64,000 bases of DNA, taken from IMG/VR virus record IMGVR_UViG_3300036985_006427, positions 1 through 64,000 of that record, one strand, 5' to 3'. Both the position numbers and the translations under genes were made by a program. Position 1 is the first letter of the stretch. Each line of letters opens with the position of its first letter. Below are positions 1 to 9,317 of the stretch, in pieces. Below the pieces are notes generated by a model. The model did not search any database. It was not told where the DNA came from and saw nothing but the letters and a program-made list of their open reading frames with translations. The DNA is from a virus.

Positions 1-2
1 TC

Positions 3-107
3 AAGAAAAATATCCCAGAGCGTCGGAAAAGCTTCAGGGCACGTCATAATTGTGACAATCCCGGTCCAAAATTTAAAAGTAGATACTGGGCATGTCGGAG
101 CTGGTGA
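3..107 (+). CDS. 3' end of a small conserved phage protein (RRKSFRARHNC...YWACRSW type), truncated by the window edge
   Basis: Manual translation from nt 3 gives KKNIPERRKSFRARHNCDNPGPKFKSRYWACRSW*; I recognise this motif from small phage proteins. Confidence 0.7.
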   Translation, partial: KKNIPERRKSFRARHNCDNPGPKFKSRYWACRSW

Positions 108-110
108 TAT

Positions 111-596
111 ATGAGAAAATGTCGCAAGTGCAAAATAAATGAAGTTATAGAAACTAGAAAATTCTGCAGTGACTGCAAAATACAATCAAAAAATTGTATA
201 TGTGGTAAAGCATTTAAGTCTAAAAAACATAACTATTGTCCTAGATGTAGAACATCTAAAGGTGACAATGAGAAATGCTATGTTTGCGATGAATTCAGAT
301 TTATTTATGCTCAGGGGTGTTGCACAACCTGCTATAGATTTTTAACTAAATATAAAGTTACACCAAATGAATTACTTGAACTGCGCAAAATTTTAAACTG
401 TCAATTGTGCGGAATTGAGGTGTCTCATCATGTAGGAAATGGAAAGGGCAGAGCTGTGATAGATCACTGTCATGAAACTGGTAACGTCAGGGGGATTTTA
501 TGCAATCATTGTAATATAATTGAAGGAATGATAAGGAACGTTGACCACCTAGAAAATTTCTATAAAAATTATAAAAGATGGGTAGATCATGCCTGA
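111..596 (+). CDS. Endonuclease VII-type (His-Me finger) nuclease with Cys-rich N-terminus; possible homing endonuclease
   Basis: CQLCG...IDHCHETGNVRGILCNHCN Endo VII signature; several N-terminal CxxC pairs. Confidence 0.8.
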   Translation: MRKCRKCKINEVIETRKFCSDCKIQSKNCICGKAFKSKKHNYCPRCRTSKGDNEKCYVCDEFRFIYAQGCCTTCYRFLTKYKVTPNELLELRKILNCQLCGIEVSHHVGNGKGRAVIDHCHETGNVRGILCNHCNIIEGMIRNVDHLENFYKNYKRWVDHA

Positions 597-2889
597 ATGT
601 CAATGTGAAAATGCCGGTTGGTGTGATTTATTCAAAAAAGAAATGACGTATGATCCTCCAAACTGGCAGTGGTGCAAATCACTGTCAGAGGATCAGCGTC
701 GTGACTATTTCAATAAAATGGAAAGCACTGTGAGGGTTTTAAAAAAAGCTCCAGACAAAAAAAAAGCTGACATCGTAAATTTCTTTGATATTCTACCTGA
801 AAAAAAAAGTAAATATGCTGTGTGCGTCATTCCAGCGAATGATTCGGCAATGGAATTGCTTGATATCACACGAGCTGGAGTAAAGAAGTATGCGGAAAAA
901 TGTGGTGCTGATTACATAGAGTTGTCCGGAGATCAAAACCCAAATTGGCCTATGTCAAATAAATATAGACTAAACAGGGTAGCAAAAGCGTATGACAAAA
1001 CATTATATTTAGATTGTGACATTGTCGTAAAGGATGATGCTCCGAATATATTTGAGCTAACACCAGATGATAAAATATCTGCATATGATGAATATGAGAT
1101 TTTTAAACAAAGAAATGACACTGCATGGATCAGAAACCAACAAGAGCATATCTTTATCACCACGCTAGACTCCTTTTCTGACGACATAAAAGAAGAGTAT
1201 ATAACAAATGGTGAATTCATAACGGAATCAATGATAAATGGTGGCGTTCTTGTCATACCAAACGCTTTAGCAGATTATTATAAACAACCAAGCAGTCCAT
1301 ATACTAAATTTTGGTGTTTTGATCAACATCTTTTAACCTTGGAGCTTCCAGAGGAAAAATTTAATAATCTTACTTACAAATTTAATTGTGAATATGAAGG
1401 AAATGATTTTTGGAATTTCGTAAATAATTCTCATTTTATTCACTTCAACGGACTCAAGAATAAACCTGACCTTAGAAAAAGTCTATTAAATCAATTTAAC
1501 CTTGGAGACTTTACTCCGATTAGTGCAGATCTGACTGTTGTTATCCCTTGCCACAATTACGCCCGATATCTGGGCGAATGTCTACAGTCGGTAGCTGATT
1601 CGTCGAAGCTTCCTGTTCGCGTAATTATTATTGATGATGCGAGCGATGACGATCCTCAAACGGTATGCATGGAATATTTCCTTTCACACAAATTCGAATA
1701 CCGTCGTGTAGAATTCCGTGATGTTCATCAGGTGCGTAGATTCGGATTATCACTTGTCGAAACAAAATACGTCCTTTTTTTGGACGCCGACAACACGTTG
1801 AATCCCGGCTATTTGCAGCACTGTGTTCAAAGACTTGAAAGGGACAGAAACGCGGCGTTTGTCTTTCCTATGCTCTTGGCTTTTGATGGCGGTGCGGGCT
1901 TCTTGCATGAAATTAATCTAGCCCCCAATATAGTCCAGTGGAAGGACATTGAAATGCGGAACTTGTGCGATGCCGCATGTGTTCATCGGACGGAAGTTTT
2001 GAGAAGCTCCTTGGCTCTGAAGGGCGATATATCAACTACTTGCATGGCACAAGATTGGCGAATGGCCAGAACCATTCTCCGCGCTGGTTCTTGGCATGGG
2101 CTGAAATCTGAAATTCCTCTGAATTATCGTATTCATTCGGATCAAATGACGACGCAGCCATCAAAATCAGTCTGGATTGGCTCGGATCTGGAACATGAAA
2201 TTGTAACGATCATCGTCGCATTCTCCGGCAGGTGGGATGTGTGGCTAAAACTGAAAGAATGGATTGTCAGTCAGTCATGGCCTGCCGAACAAACAAGACT
2301 TATGATTCTGAATTCCACTCATTCGGCTTTGTCTGTGGCTGATTTTGGGTTGGAAGCATTAAAGCTCTCTGGGATTCAGATTGAGAGAATTGACGCCGGG
2401 AGACCTCTATTGGCGGATCTGGACCGTCGCCCTTCTCAATTGATCGGTAGAGAAGTGGAAGCAGCAGTTGCAGGGTTGTACAACCGGGCGATTCAGATGG
2501 CATTTGGCGAGTATATCTTTTTCTTGGAAGACGATGTTATTCCACTCAGGCCGGATGCGATTAAACAGTTGTTTCAGGGAATGGGAGCGCTGGTGGCGGC
2601 AGTTTCAGGGTTATATAAACATCGATATTTTGAAAACGCGGTGGCGTTTTATCTTCCGTTTACCGGCCAATTGTTCCCGATGACAGGGGTTGATTTTGAG
2701 AAAGTTGGGGGAACGGGATTTGGTTGTCTTTTAGCAAGAAGATCATTGCTGCTAAATTACTTGTTGTCTGGCGATGATATTAGACATCCTCATTATGATG
2801 TTGATGTTTCAGTAAGGGTGGCGAAAGATGGTTGGGAATGGTGGTTAGACAGGACGGTGAAATGTGACCATTTGATAAATGTTGATTAA
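589..2889 (+). CDS. Multidomain glycosyltransferase: Cys-rich N-terminus, GT8-like domain, GT2 domain and a third GT-A domain
   Basis: YLDCDIVV...INGGVL...DQH...HFNG (GT8-like); VVIPCHNY...IIIDDAS...FLDADN (GT2); FFLEDDVIP...GFGCLL...H (GT-A). Confidence 0.8.
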   Translation: MPECQCENAGWCDLFKKEMTYDPPNWQWCKSLSEDQRRDYFNKMESTVRVLKKAPDKKKADIVNFFDILPEKKSKYAVCVIPANDSAMELLDITRAGVKKYAEKCGADYIELSGDQNPNWPMSNKYRLNRVAKAYDKTLYLDCDIVVKDDAPNIFELTPDDKISAYDEYEIFKQRNDTAWIRNQQEHIFITTLDSFSDDIKEEYITNGEFITESMINGGVLVIPNALADYYKQPSSPYTKFWCFDQHLLTLELPEEKFNNLTYKFNCEYEGNDFWNFVNNSHFIHFNGLKNKPDLRKSLLNQFNLGDFTPISADLTVVIPCHNYARYLGECLQSVADSSKLPVRVIIIDDASDDDPQTVCMEYFLSHKFEYRRVEFRDVHQVRRFGLSLVETKYVLFLDADNTLNPGYLQHCVQRLERDRNAAFVFPMLLAFDGGAGFLHEINLAPNIVQWKDIEMRNLCDAACVHRTEVLRSSLALKGDISTTCMAQDWRMARTILRAGSWHGLKSEIPLNYRIHSDQMTTQPSKSVWIGSDLEHEIVTIIVAFSGRWDVWLKLKEWIVSQSWPAEQTRLMILNSTHSALSVADFGLEALKLSGIQIERIDAGRPLLADLDRRPSQLIGREVEAAVAGLYNRAIQMAFGEYIFFLEDDVIPLRPDAIKQLFQGMGALVAAVSGLYKHRYFENAVAFYLPFTGQLFPMTGVDFEKVGGTGFGCLLARRSLLLNYLLSGDDIRHPHYDVDVSVRVAKDGWEWWLDRTVKCDHLINVD

Positions 2890-2993
2890 TTAGGATTTCC
2901 GAATTGATTCAAATGAAAATCGTGTTGATGGATTTATCAAAATAACAAGATAAACCTTTTACAAATACGCTCTAAAAATATAGGAAAATACAT

Positions 2994-3731
2994 ATGATTT
3001 TAAAAGATGTTGTGATCCCATTTGGTGGGTCTAATTCACTGAGAACAGCCCAGTCTTATGGAGATGTTATTCGCCAGAAACTTGAGATAATTGCTGACAT
3101 AAAACAGGCGGATTCAATCCGAGACTTTGGAGGGCTCTATATCGTCCACGGGAAATATTTACTAGAAGGCGCGGCGTCGATCAACGCAAAGTACGCACAA
3201 ATGATTGACGTAACCTATCTAGACGAATTTGAGTCTGAGAAACGAAAAGCTCAAGTATCCAGTCCTGACCTTGTCATTGATTTCCTTCAAGGAGATTTCC
3301 GCGAAAAGGAACTCTTTGTCGGAATGAGAACCGTAGACGTTTCCATCCTCTACGAAGTGCTACTACATCAGGATAATGCTGTTGAAGTGATCAGAAACGT
3401 AGCGAGCAAAACGAAAAAGTACATTGTAATTGCGCAACCATGTCTGAAAGAGTCAATTTTCCCGTTGCCCAACTGTTGCGTGAACATTCAAATAATGGAT
3501 GAACAAACAAAGGACGAGCTTCGAGAGGGGAGTTTTTGGCCAAAGGAAGAGCCAACGGAGCGATTCACGACAAAATTTTGGATGTGGGGTCAGACTACAA
3601 CGTACATCGTCTCTGTATTGAAAGGACTTGGCTGGTGCTTGGATGATGGTTTTAACATCGAAGGTATCTGCGGAAAGTATTGGGATTACCCTATTATGCG
3701 TTTTAAGCCAGAGAACCTAAAAAATGATTGA
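2994..3731 (+). CDS. Putative class I SAM-dependent methyltransferase
   Basis: IRDFGG motif I-like; FLQGDF; VDVSILYEVLLHQDN..EVI resembles the post-motif segment of class I methyltransferases. Confidence 0.55.
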   Translation: MILKDVVIPFGGSNSLRTAQSYGDVIRQKLEIIADIKQADSIRDFGGLYIVHGKYLLEGAASINAKYAQMIDVTYLDEFESEKRKAQVSSPDLVIDFLQGDFREKELFVGMRTVDVSILYEVLLHQDNAVEVIRNVASKTKKYIVIAQPCLKESIFPLPNCCVNIQIMDEQTKDELREGSFWPKEEPTERFTTKFWMWGQTTTYIVSVLKGLGWCLDDGFNIEGICGKYWDYPIMRFKPENLKND

Positions 3732-4308
3732 CATAATAGCAGTAACATACGGTCAAAATGAAATATTAAAATGTTTCATAAATTCTATAAAAGCACAAAC
3801 AAGCAATAATTGGAGATTGGTTATCGTTCATGATGGTCTAAATTCAACGTTACGTAAAGACCTTGAAGACAATGGTTATTTAAGTTCAAGTAGCATTGTT
3901 TTTATTGAAAATCCCGTGAGAACCGAAAATTATGGTCATTTATTACGTAAATGGGCGTTAGAAAATATAATTCAAAATGAATACGTATTATTAACCAATG
4001 GTGACAATTACTACACGCCCAATATGATTGAGGAAGTCAGTAAAAGAAATGAAGATTTAATCTATTTCGATTTAGTTCATTCACATGAATTGGGATCTAA
4101 TAGCAATAAATCTTCCTATGGACATTTGAATAGCCAACTGGTTTTTGCAATGGTTGATATTGGTAATGTTGTTATTAAAAGTGAATTTGCTAAAAAAGCA
4201 GGTTTTAATTCCACATGTTTTGCTGCTGATTGGGATTATATAAATGGAGTTTTACGTTTATCTCCAACCGTTTTTAAAATAGATAAAATATTATTTGTAC
4301 ATAATTAA
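3724..4308 (+). CDS. GT2-family glycosyltransferase
   Basis: IIAVTY, QT..NWRLVIVHDG, YVLLTNGDNYY, AADW. Confidence 0.8.
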   Translation: MIDIIAVTYGQNEILKCFINSIKAQTSNNWRLVIVHDGLNSTLRKDLEDNGYLSSSSIVFIENPVRTENYGHLLRKWALENIIQNEYVLLTNGDNYYTPNMIEEVSKRNEDLIYFDLVHSHELGSNSNKSSYGHLNSQLVFAMVDIGNVVIKSEFAKKAGFNSTCFAADWDYINGVLRLSPTVFKIDKILFVHN

Positions 4309-4378
4309 AAAGCGAATTCGCCCAGATGCTCATATTGAGTAAATAATAGTCTCATCTCAAGCAAACAGTTTTACGGAG

Positions 4379-5155
4379 TTAATTAATATTTAATTTTTTA
4401 TTTTTATCATAAATTTCATTAAATTTCTTGGTCATTTCGTGAAAATACGGAGTCACTAAGTGAGGATATGGGTAGTTAGTAAAGTCCGATTCTTCATACG
4501 TTGGTTTAGGTCCGTGAAAATGCAGTATCTTACTACCAATCTCTTCATTCCAATAAGGTTTATAGTTATATCGATAATCTAGACTTTCAATCTTGTCGTT
4601 GAAGAACAATATAATAGCGTCTTGGTCATAAACTTGAAACTTGAATAAGTTCGATGTAATAAAAAGGATAAATTCGTCGTATATCTGATTCATATTTCTC
4701 CAATTGATCCACATAACACCTGCATTGATTTCGGGTGGCACAAACTGTTTTGTGAATTCTCCAGCCACCATAAAATAATTAGGTGTTAGATTTTTTAATT
4801 CCGAAATGTCATCTAAAAATAGGACATCATTATCGGTATATAATACATAATCATCCTCAATGTTTAATTTCTCACATATCTTGGGGATATCCACCCTTAA
4901 GAAAGTTCCGAAGGCGATTGTATCATCTTTATAGTGGATTTTTAATTCATCGTAAAATAATGATCTATGACTTATTATTGTAACGCCTAACTCAATTAAT
5001 TGCTCAATAGATTCGTCAATATCACCATCTAAAATTAGATGTGGTTTGATGTTAGGGTTAGTTTCTTTTGCAGATAAAACTGCGACGGTATACATCTTAA
5101 TATAATTTGAATACAATTTTTTATTGTGACTATTAACTCCTGAAAACCAATACAT
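4379..5155 (-). CDS. GT8-family glycosyltransferase
   Basis: FLRVDIP, VLYTDNDVLF, INAGVMWIN, DQDAI, YNYKPYW, ILHFHGPKP. Confidence 0.85.
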   Translation of the reverse strand: MYWFSGVNSHNKKLYSNYIKMYTVAVLSAKETNPNIKPHLILDGDIDESIEQLIELGVTIISHRSLFYDELKIHYKDDTIAFGTFLRVDIPKICEKLNIEDDYVLYTDNDVLFLDDISELKNLTPNYFMVAGEFTKQFVPPEINAGVMWINWRNMNQIYDEFILFITSNLFKFQVYDQDAIILFFNDKIESLDYRYNYKPYWNEEIGSKILHFHGPKPTYEESDFTNYPYPHLVTPYFHEMTKKFNEIYDKNKKLNIN

Positions 5156-5208
5156 AATATTAAGCTCCTGTTGAAACCAAATTTTGAACCAAATAACATT
5201 CCCAATGT

Positions 5209-5218
5209 ATTATACTCA
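5209..5218 (-). promoter_or_regulatory. Putative promoter -10 element (TGAGTATAAT) for the GT8 gene
   Basis: Reverse complement of attatactca, about 55 nt upstream of the start at 5155; resembles the motifs at 27445 and 63668. Confidence 0.5.
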
Positions 5219-5249
5219 TTTCTTTTTGATTAAAATGAAAAGAATTTGA

Positions 5250-5278
5250 ATGCAAAAAATCGAATAGCTTGCTATAAT
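5250..5278 (+). promoter_or_regulatory. Sigma70-like extended -10 promoter of the dnaE operon
   Basis: ATGCAA-17 nt-TATAAT with TGc directly before TATAAT (5270-5278), about 45 nt upstream of ATG 5323. Confidence 0.6.
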
Positions 5279-5322
5279 AGCATAGCGAACTGTCTTTGAG
5301 TTTAAAAGATTGAAAGGTTTTT

Positions 5323-6960
5323 ATGAAATGGTTTCCGTTACTGAATTACACACACTATTCTTTGCAGTATGGTTTCTCAAGACCCAAAGAGCTTGCTAAA
5401 AAATGTAAAGAGAATTCCTATCCAGCGTGTGGGATAGCTGACTACAAGTCAATTTCCGGAGCCGTGTCTTTCTACAAAGCCTGTGTAGACAACGATATCA
5501 AGCCTATCATTGGATGTTCATTCGATGACTTTTCCGTTTTCGCCAAGAATAAAAACGGATGGCTTGAGTTGATACAGATCGTATCGTCGATAGATGAAGA
5601 TGGCTCTTACGATCCTTCTTTGCTGATTCAGCTTGGTAAAAATGGAAACTTGATTTGCGTAGCTTCGAAAGAAGTTTCATCGCCAATCAATGGTGATGAT
5701 TTTTACGCTTGGTCTGAGTCTTTCACAAAAACGTTTTATGTAAACAAAGATCAAGCTGAATTGCATAGAATTCTTCTTTGTTCAGCGAACAAAACAACCC
5801 TTCCTCAGGTAAAGAAAGAGCTGGCATCAAACAAATGCCAATCGATCAAGAATTGGCAATTCTTCACCTCTGATGATTTCTATCTCAAAGCAAAGAATGA
5901 GATATCACACATTTTGGTGAATGATGCTCGTGTCGATGATTTTCAAGAGATTTTTGATAAATGCGAAAACTATAATATTCTCAATCAACCGATGTTGCCC
6001 ACGTTCGCTACTCCAAACGGAGAGTCTGAAAAAGACTTCTTGAAAACATTGGCAAGAGAAGGTTGGAAAGAGCTATTGAACGACAAAATCAAAAACGTTG
6101 ATGAACGTACCGTTTATGGCGACAGGTTTCGCAGAGAATATGAAGTTATCGAGAAAGCAAATCTCTTTGGATATTTCCTTATCGTTTGGGATATTTTAAA
6201 CTATTGTCGCAGTCAAGGATGGATGGTTGGTCCCGGAAGAGGGTCAGCAGCAGGCTGCTTGATATCTTATTTGATTGGTATCACGCAAATTGATCCAATT
6301 GAATTTGACCTTTTGTTTGAAAGATTCTATAATGCTGGACGAAACACAGAGGGTCACATCTCTTTGCCAGATATTGACATGGACGTTCCGGGAGAAAAAC
6401 GTGATGAAATCATCGCTTACCTAAAAGACAAGTACACAAACACCAATGTTAGTCAAATGTTAACCTTTGGAAGACTTCAAGGCAGAAGTGCCATCAAAGA
6501 AGTATTGAGAGTAAACAACGCCTGTGGTTTTAGCGAAATGAATGAAATCACAAGATACATTCCAAATGAAGCTGATATCTCGGATCAATTGGCAGAAATG
6601 GATGAAGAAGATCGATCTATTATTCGTTGGTCTTTGATAAATAACGCCAAAGAATTGAGAGATTATTGCTACATTTCAGAAGAAGGAGAACTCAAAGGAG
6701 ATTATGCCGTTTATTTTCAGCAAGCAATAGATATTGAGGGAACATTCAAAACCCAAAGCAAACATGCTGCTGGAGTTGTTATATCAGCAGAACCTCTTCA
6801 TAAAGTATGCCCAATGGTGAACCAAAAAAACGGATCTGAAAAGATAGCCGGTTTGGAAATGTCTGATCTAGAAGCTTTAGGACACGTCAAATTCGACGTT
6901 CTGGGTCTCAATTTACTGGATAAAATAATGAAAATCAAGGAGCTAATCAATGAATCGTGA
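5323..6960 (+). CDS. dnaE: DNA polymerase III alpha, N-terminal part (degenerate PHP, palm, thumb)
   Basis: GPGRGSAAG, GITQIDPI..DLLFERF, PDIDMD, SKHAAGVVI, KFDVLGL; all three catalytic Asp present. Confidence 0.95.
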   Translation: MKWFPLLNYTHYSLQYGFSRPKELAKKCKENSYPACGIADYKSISGAVSFYKACVDNDIKPIIGCSFDDFSVFAKNKNGWLELIQIVSSIDEDGSYDPSLLIQLGKNGNLICVASKEVSSPINGDDFYAWSESFTKTFYVNKDQAELHRILLCSANKTTLPQVKKELASNKCQSIKNWQFFTSDDFYLKAKNEISHILVNDARVDDFQEIFDKCENYNILNQPMLPTFATPNGESEKDFLKTLAREGWKELLNDKIKNVDERTVYGDRFRREYEVIEKANLFGYFLIVWDILNYCRSQGWMVGPGRGSAAGCLISYLIGITQIDPIEFDLLFERFYNAGRNTEGHISLPDIDMDVPGEKRDEIIAYLKDKYTNTNVSQMLTFGRLQGRSAIKEVLRVNNACGFSEMNEITRYIPNEADISDQLAEMDEEDRSIIRWSLINNAKELRDYCYISEEGELKGDYAVYFQQAIDIEGTFKTQSKHAAGVVISAEPLHKVCPMVNQKNGSEKIAGLEMSDLEALGHVKFDVLGLNLLDKIMKIKELINES

Positions 6961-7627
6961 TATCATCGTGTTCGACTTTGAAACGGGTGGTCGCAACCCA
7001 CACAAATGTCAACCAACTCAAATAGCTGCTGTAGCTCTTGATGGTAGAAATTTTAAACTAAAAGGAACCTTCAATAGCTTGATGAGACCAATCATCGACG
7101 ATGAAGCTGCTATTGCAGCAGGAGTAGGTCCGCTAGAAGAAGAAGCGTTAAAAATCACCAGACAGACACGAGAGGTGTTGGCCAAAGCACCATTGCCCAA
7201 AGCTGTTTGGAAGAAGTTCGCAAACTTTGTGAACAAGTACAATTGGAAAGGCACACCGTTTTTTGCTCCTATTCCTTGTGGTTTCAACATCAACGGGTAT
7301 GATATGCACATTGTGAACAGACTGTGCCAACAATATGGACCGTGGGATGAAGTGCGACTGCAACAAAAGTTATTTCATCAAATCTATAAAATAGATGTCA
7401 TGGATGACGTTTGGCTATGGACAGAAAGTGATCCAGAAGTTAAATCCATCAGCATGGACGCTCTCAGAAAAAGAATGGGTCTTTCTACTGAAAACGCTCA
7501 CGACGCACTGCAAGACGTTAAAGATACAGCCAATATTTTTATAAAACTACAAAAGTCAAGACGTGCAGTATACAGAAATATGAAATTTGATAACGCCTTT
7601 GTTGACGGCGATTTGTTTATTGTGTGA
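6950..7627 (+). CDS. DEDDh 3'-5' exonuclease (DnaQ/epsilon-like)
   Basis: Exo I DFETGG, Exo II GFNINGYD, Exo III HDALQD; own GGAG RBS. Confidence 0.9.
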   Translation: MNRDIIVFDFETGGRNPHKCQPTQIAAVALDGRNFKLKGTFNSLMRPIIDDEAAIAAGVGPLEEEALKITRQTREVLAKAPLPKAVWKKFANFVNKYNWKGTPFFAPIPCGFNINGYDMHIVNRLCQQYGPWDEVRLQQKLFHQIYKIDVMDDVWLWTESDPEVKSISMDALRKRMGLSTENAHDALQDVKDTANIFIKLQKSRRAVYRNMKFDNAFVDGDLFIV

Positions 7628-7652
7628 ATAACCATTATATATTGAGGTTTGA

Positions 7653-9218
7653 ATGATCGACAGAGATGACCCTGAGGCTTGGAGTCTATACAAAAACGGT
7701 TTGACAAAAGGGATTTTTCAATTAGAAAGTAATCATGGTCGCAATTGGTCTAAAAAGTTGGCTCCGGAAAACATAGAAGAACTTTCAGCATTGATAGCAC
7801 TTTTAAGACCGGGGTGTACCAAGGCTATCATCGACGGAAAGTCAATGACACAAAGGTTCGTTGACCGAAAACACAAAAGGGAAGAAGTTTCATATCTACA
7901 TGCATCGCTTGAAGATATTTTAAAACCAACTTATGGGGTTTTAGTTTATCAAGAACAAGCGATGCGTATTGCTGTAAAGTTAGCTGGTTTCAACGAAACA
8001 GAAACGGACAACCTTCGCAAGGCTATTGGTAAAAAGAAGGCTGATTTGATGGCCTCGATTCGAAACGATTTTATCGCTGGATGTAAAAACGTAGGACTTG
8101 TAGACGAAGAAACAGCCAAAGAAATTTTTGGATGGATTGAAAAGTCTTCCAGATATTCGTTCAATAAATCACACGCAGTAGCCTATGCGTTTGACTCTTA
8201 TTGGTCAGCTTGGTACAAGGCTCATCACACAAAAGAGTTTTTCCTGTCTTACTTGTTCTATGCTAATGAAAAACAAGATCCTCATCAAGAAATTTATGAG
8301 CTGGTCAATGAAGCTAAACTATTCAACATAGAAGTAAAGATTCCTAAACTAAGTGGGTTTTCTACTAAATTCTGTATTACAAATGACGGCATTTGTTTTG
8401 GAATAAAAGATATCAAAAGCTTGACTGGTGTGACTGGCGACAAAGTCATTCAGGCTATCGGTCAAGCAGTGGATGAAATCAAAAAGCAACCGTCAGAATT
8501 TACTTGGCTGGATGTCCTCGTTTATTTATCTCCAAAGATTAATTCTACAGCATTCAAAGCTTTGTGTGCTATTGGTTTCTTTTCTACAAAATCCACAGGT
8601 GTCACCAGAAATCAAGCTATCTATGAATATTTGATATTTAAAGAACTAACCAAGAACGAAGTGCAATGGGTCTTCGAAAATCAAGCAAAAAGACAATGGC
8701 AAAAGCTTTACGAATGTTTCAATGATTTGGCTCCAACCAAGAAAAACGGAGGAGGAGCAAGCAATGTGAATCGCAATCAGATCATATTGAATGAACTGAA
8801 CATGCTGAAAAATCCACCGTACGATCTGAAAGATGATCCAGCGTGGATTGTTGATCAAGAAACCAAGATGCTTGGATGTCCAATTTCTCTTTCAAAGATA
8901 GACGCTGTAGATACGTCTGTAGCAAACGCTACGTGCAAGGATATTGTGAATGGAAGAAAGGGTAAAAACATTTGCCTTGTAGCAAATGTTCAGCGTGTAT
9001 CTAATCATAAGATAAACAAAGCAAACAGCAAACAAAGGGGAAGGGTCATGTCTTTTCTGACGATAGAAGACGCTACATGCAGTTTAGACAGTGTGGTCGT
9101 ATTTCCAGATGTCAGAGACGTATACCATTTTATTCTTTATGAAGGAAACAATCTTATGCTTTGCGGAGAAGTTGATAAGGATAATTCGTTTATTGTAGAA
9201 AAAATTCATGAAATTTGA
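7653..9218 (+). CDS. dnaE: DNA polymerase III alpha, C-terminal part (fingers, HhH, OB fold)
   Basis: GIFQLES, ALLRPG, TYGVLVYQEQ, LRKAIGKKK, YSFNKSHAVAY, OB-fold MSFLTIED. Confidence 0.95.
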   Translation: MIDRDDPEAWSLYKNGLTKGIFQLESNHGRNWSKKLAPENIEELSALIALLRPGCTKAIIDGKSMTQRFVDRKHKREEVSYLHASLEDILKPTYGVLVYQEQAMRIAVKLAGFNETETDNLRKAIGKKKADLMASIRNDFIAGCKNVGLVDEETAKEIFGWIEKSSRYSFNKSHAVAYAFDSYWSAWYKAHHTKEFFLSYLFYANEKQDPHQEIYELVNEAKLFNIEVKIPKLSGFSTKFCITNDGICFGIKDIKSLTGVTGDKVIQAIGQAVDEIKKQPSEFTWLDVLVYLSPKINSTAFKALCAIGFFSTKSTGVTRNQAIYEYLIFKELTKNEVQWVFENQAKRQWQKLYECFNDLAPTKKNGGGASNVNRNQIILNELNMLKNPPYDLKDDPAWIVDQETKMLGCPISLSKIDAVDTSVANATCKDIVNGRKGKNICLVANVQRVSNHKINKANSKQRGRVMSFLTIEDATCSLDSVVVFPDVRDVYHFILYEGNNLMLCGEVDKDNSFIVEKIHEI

Positions 9219-9247
9219 TTGCATTATCATTGTCAATAGACTATGAT
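9219..9247 (+). promoter_or_regulatory. Sigma70-like promoter of the main glycosylation operon
   Basis: TTGCAT (9219-9224), 17 nt spacer, TATGAT (9242-9247), upstream of ATG 9318. Confidence 0.6.
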
Positions 9248-9317
9248 AGTACACGAGCAGGACACACGAACGACTGTGTTTTTAAATGATTTGGACGCTT
9301 AGACAGCAAGGAATAAA

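Noticed and set aside
6900-7700. Split intein, or intron-encoded nuclease, in dnaE
   Set aside because: No Cys/Ser-start or His-Asn-end intein blocks are present. The inserted gene is a DEDDh exonuclease, and the non-coding flanks are too short (overlap on one side, 25 nt on the other) for an intron core.
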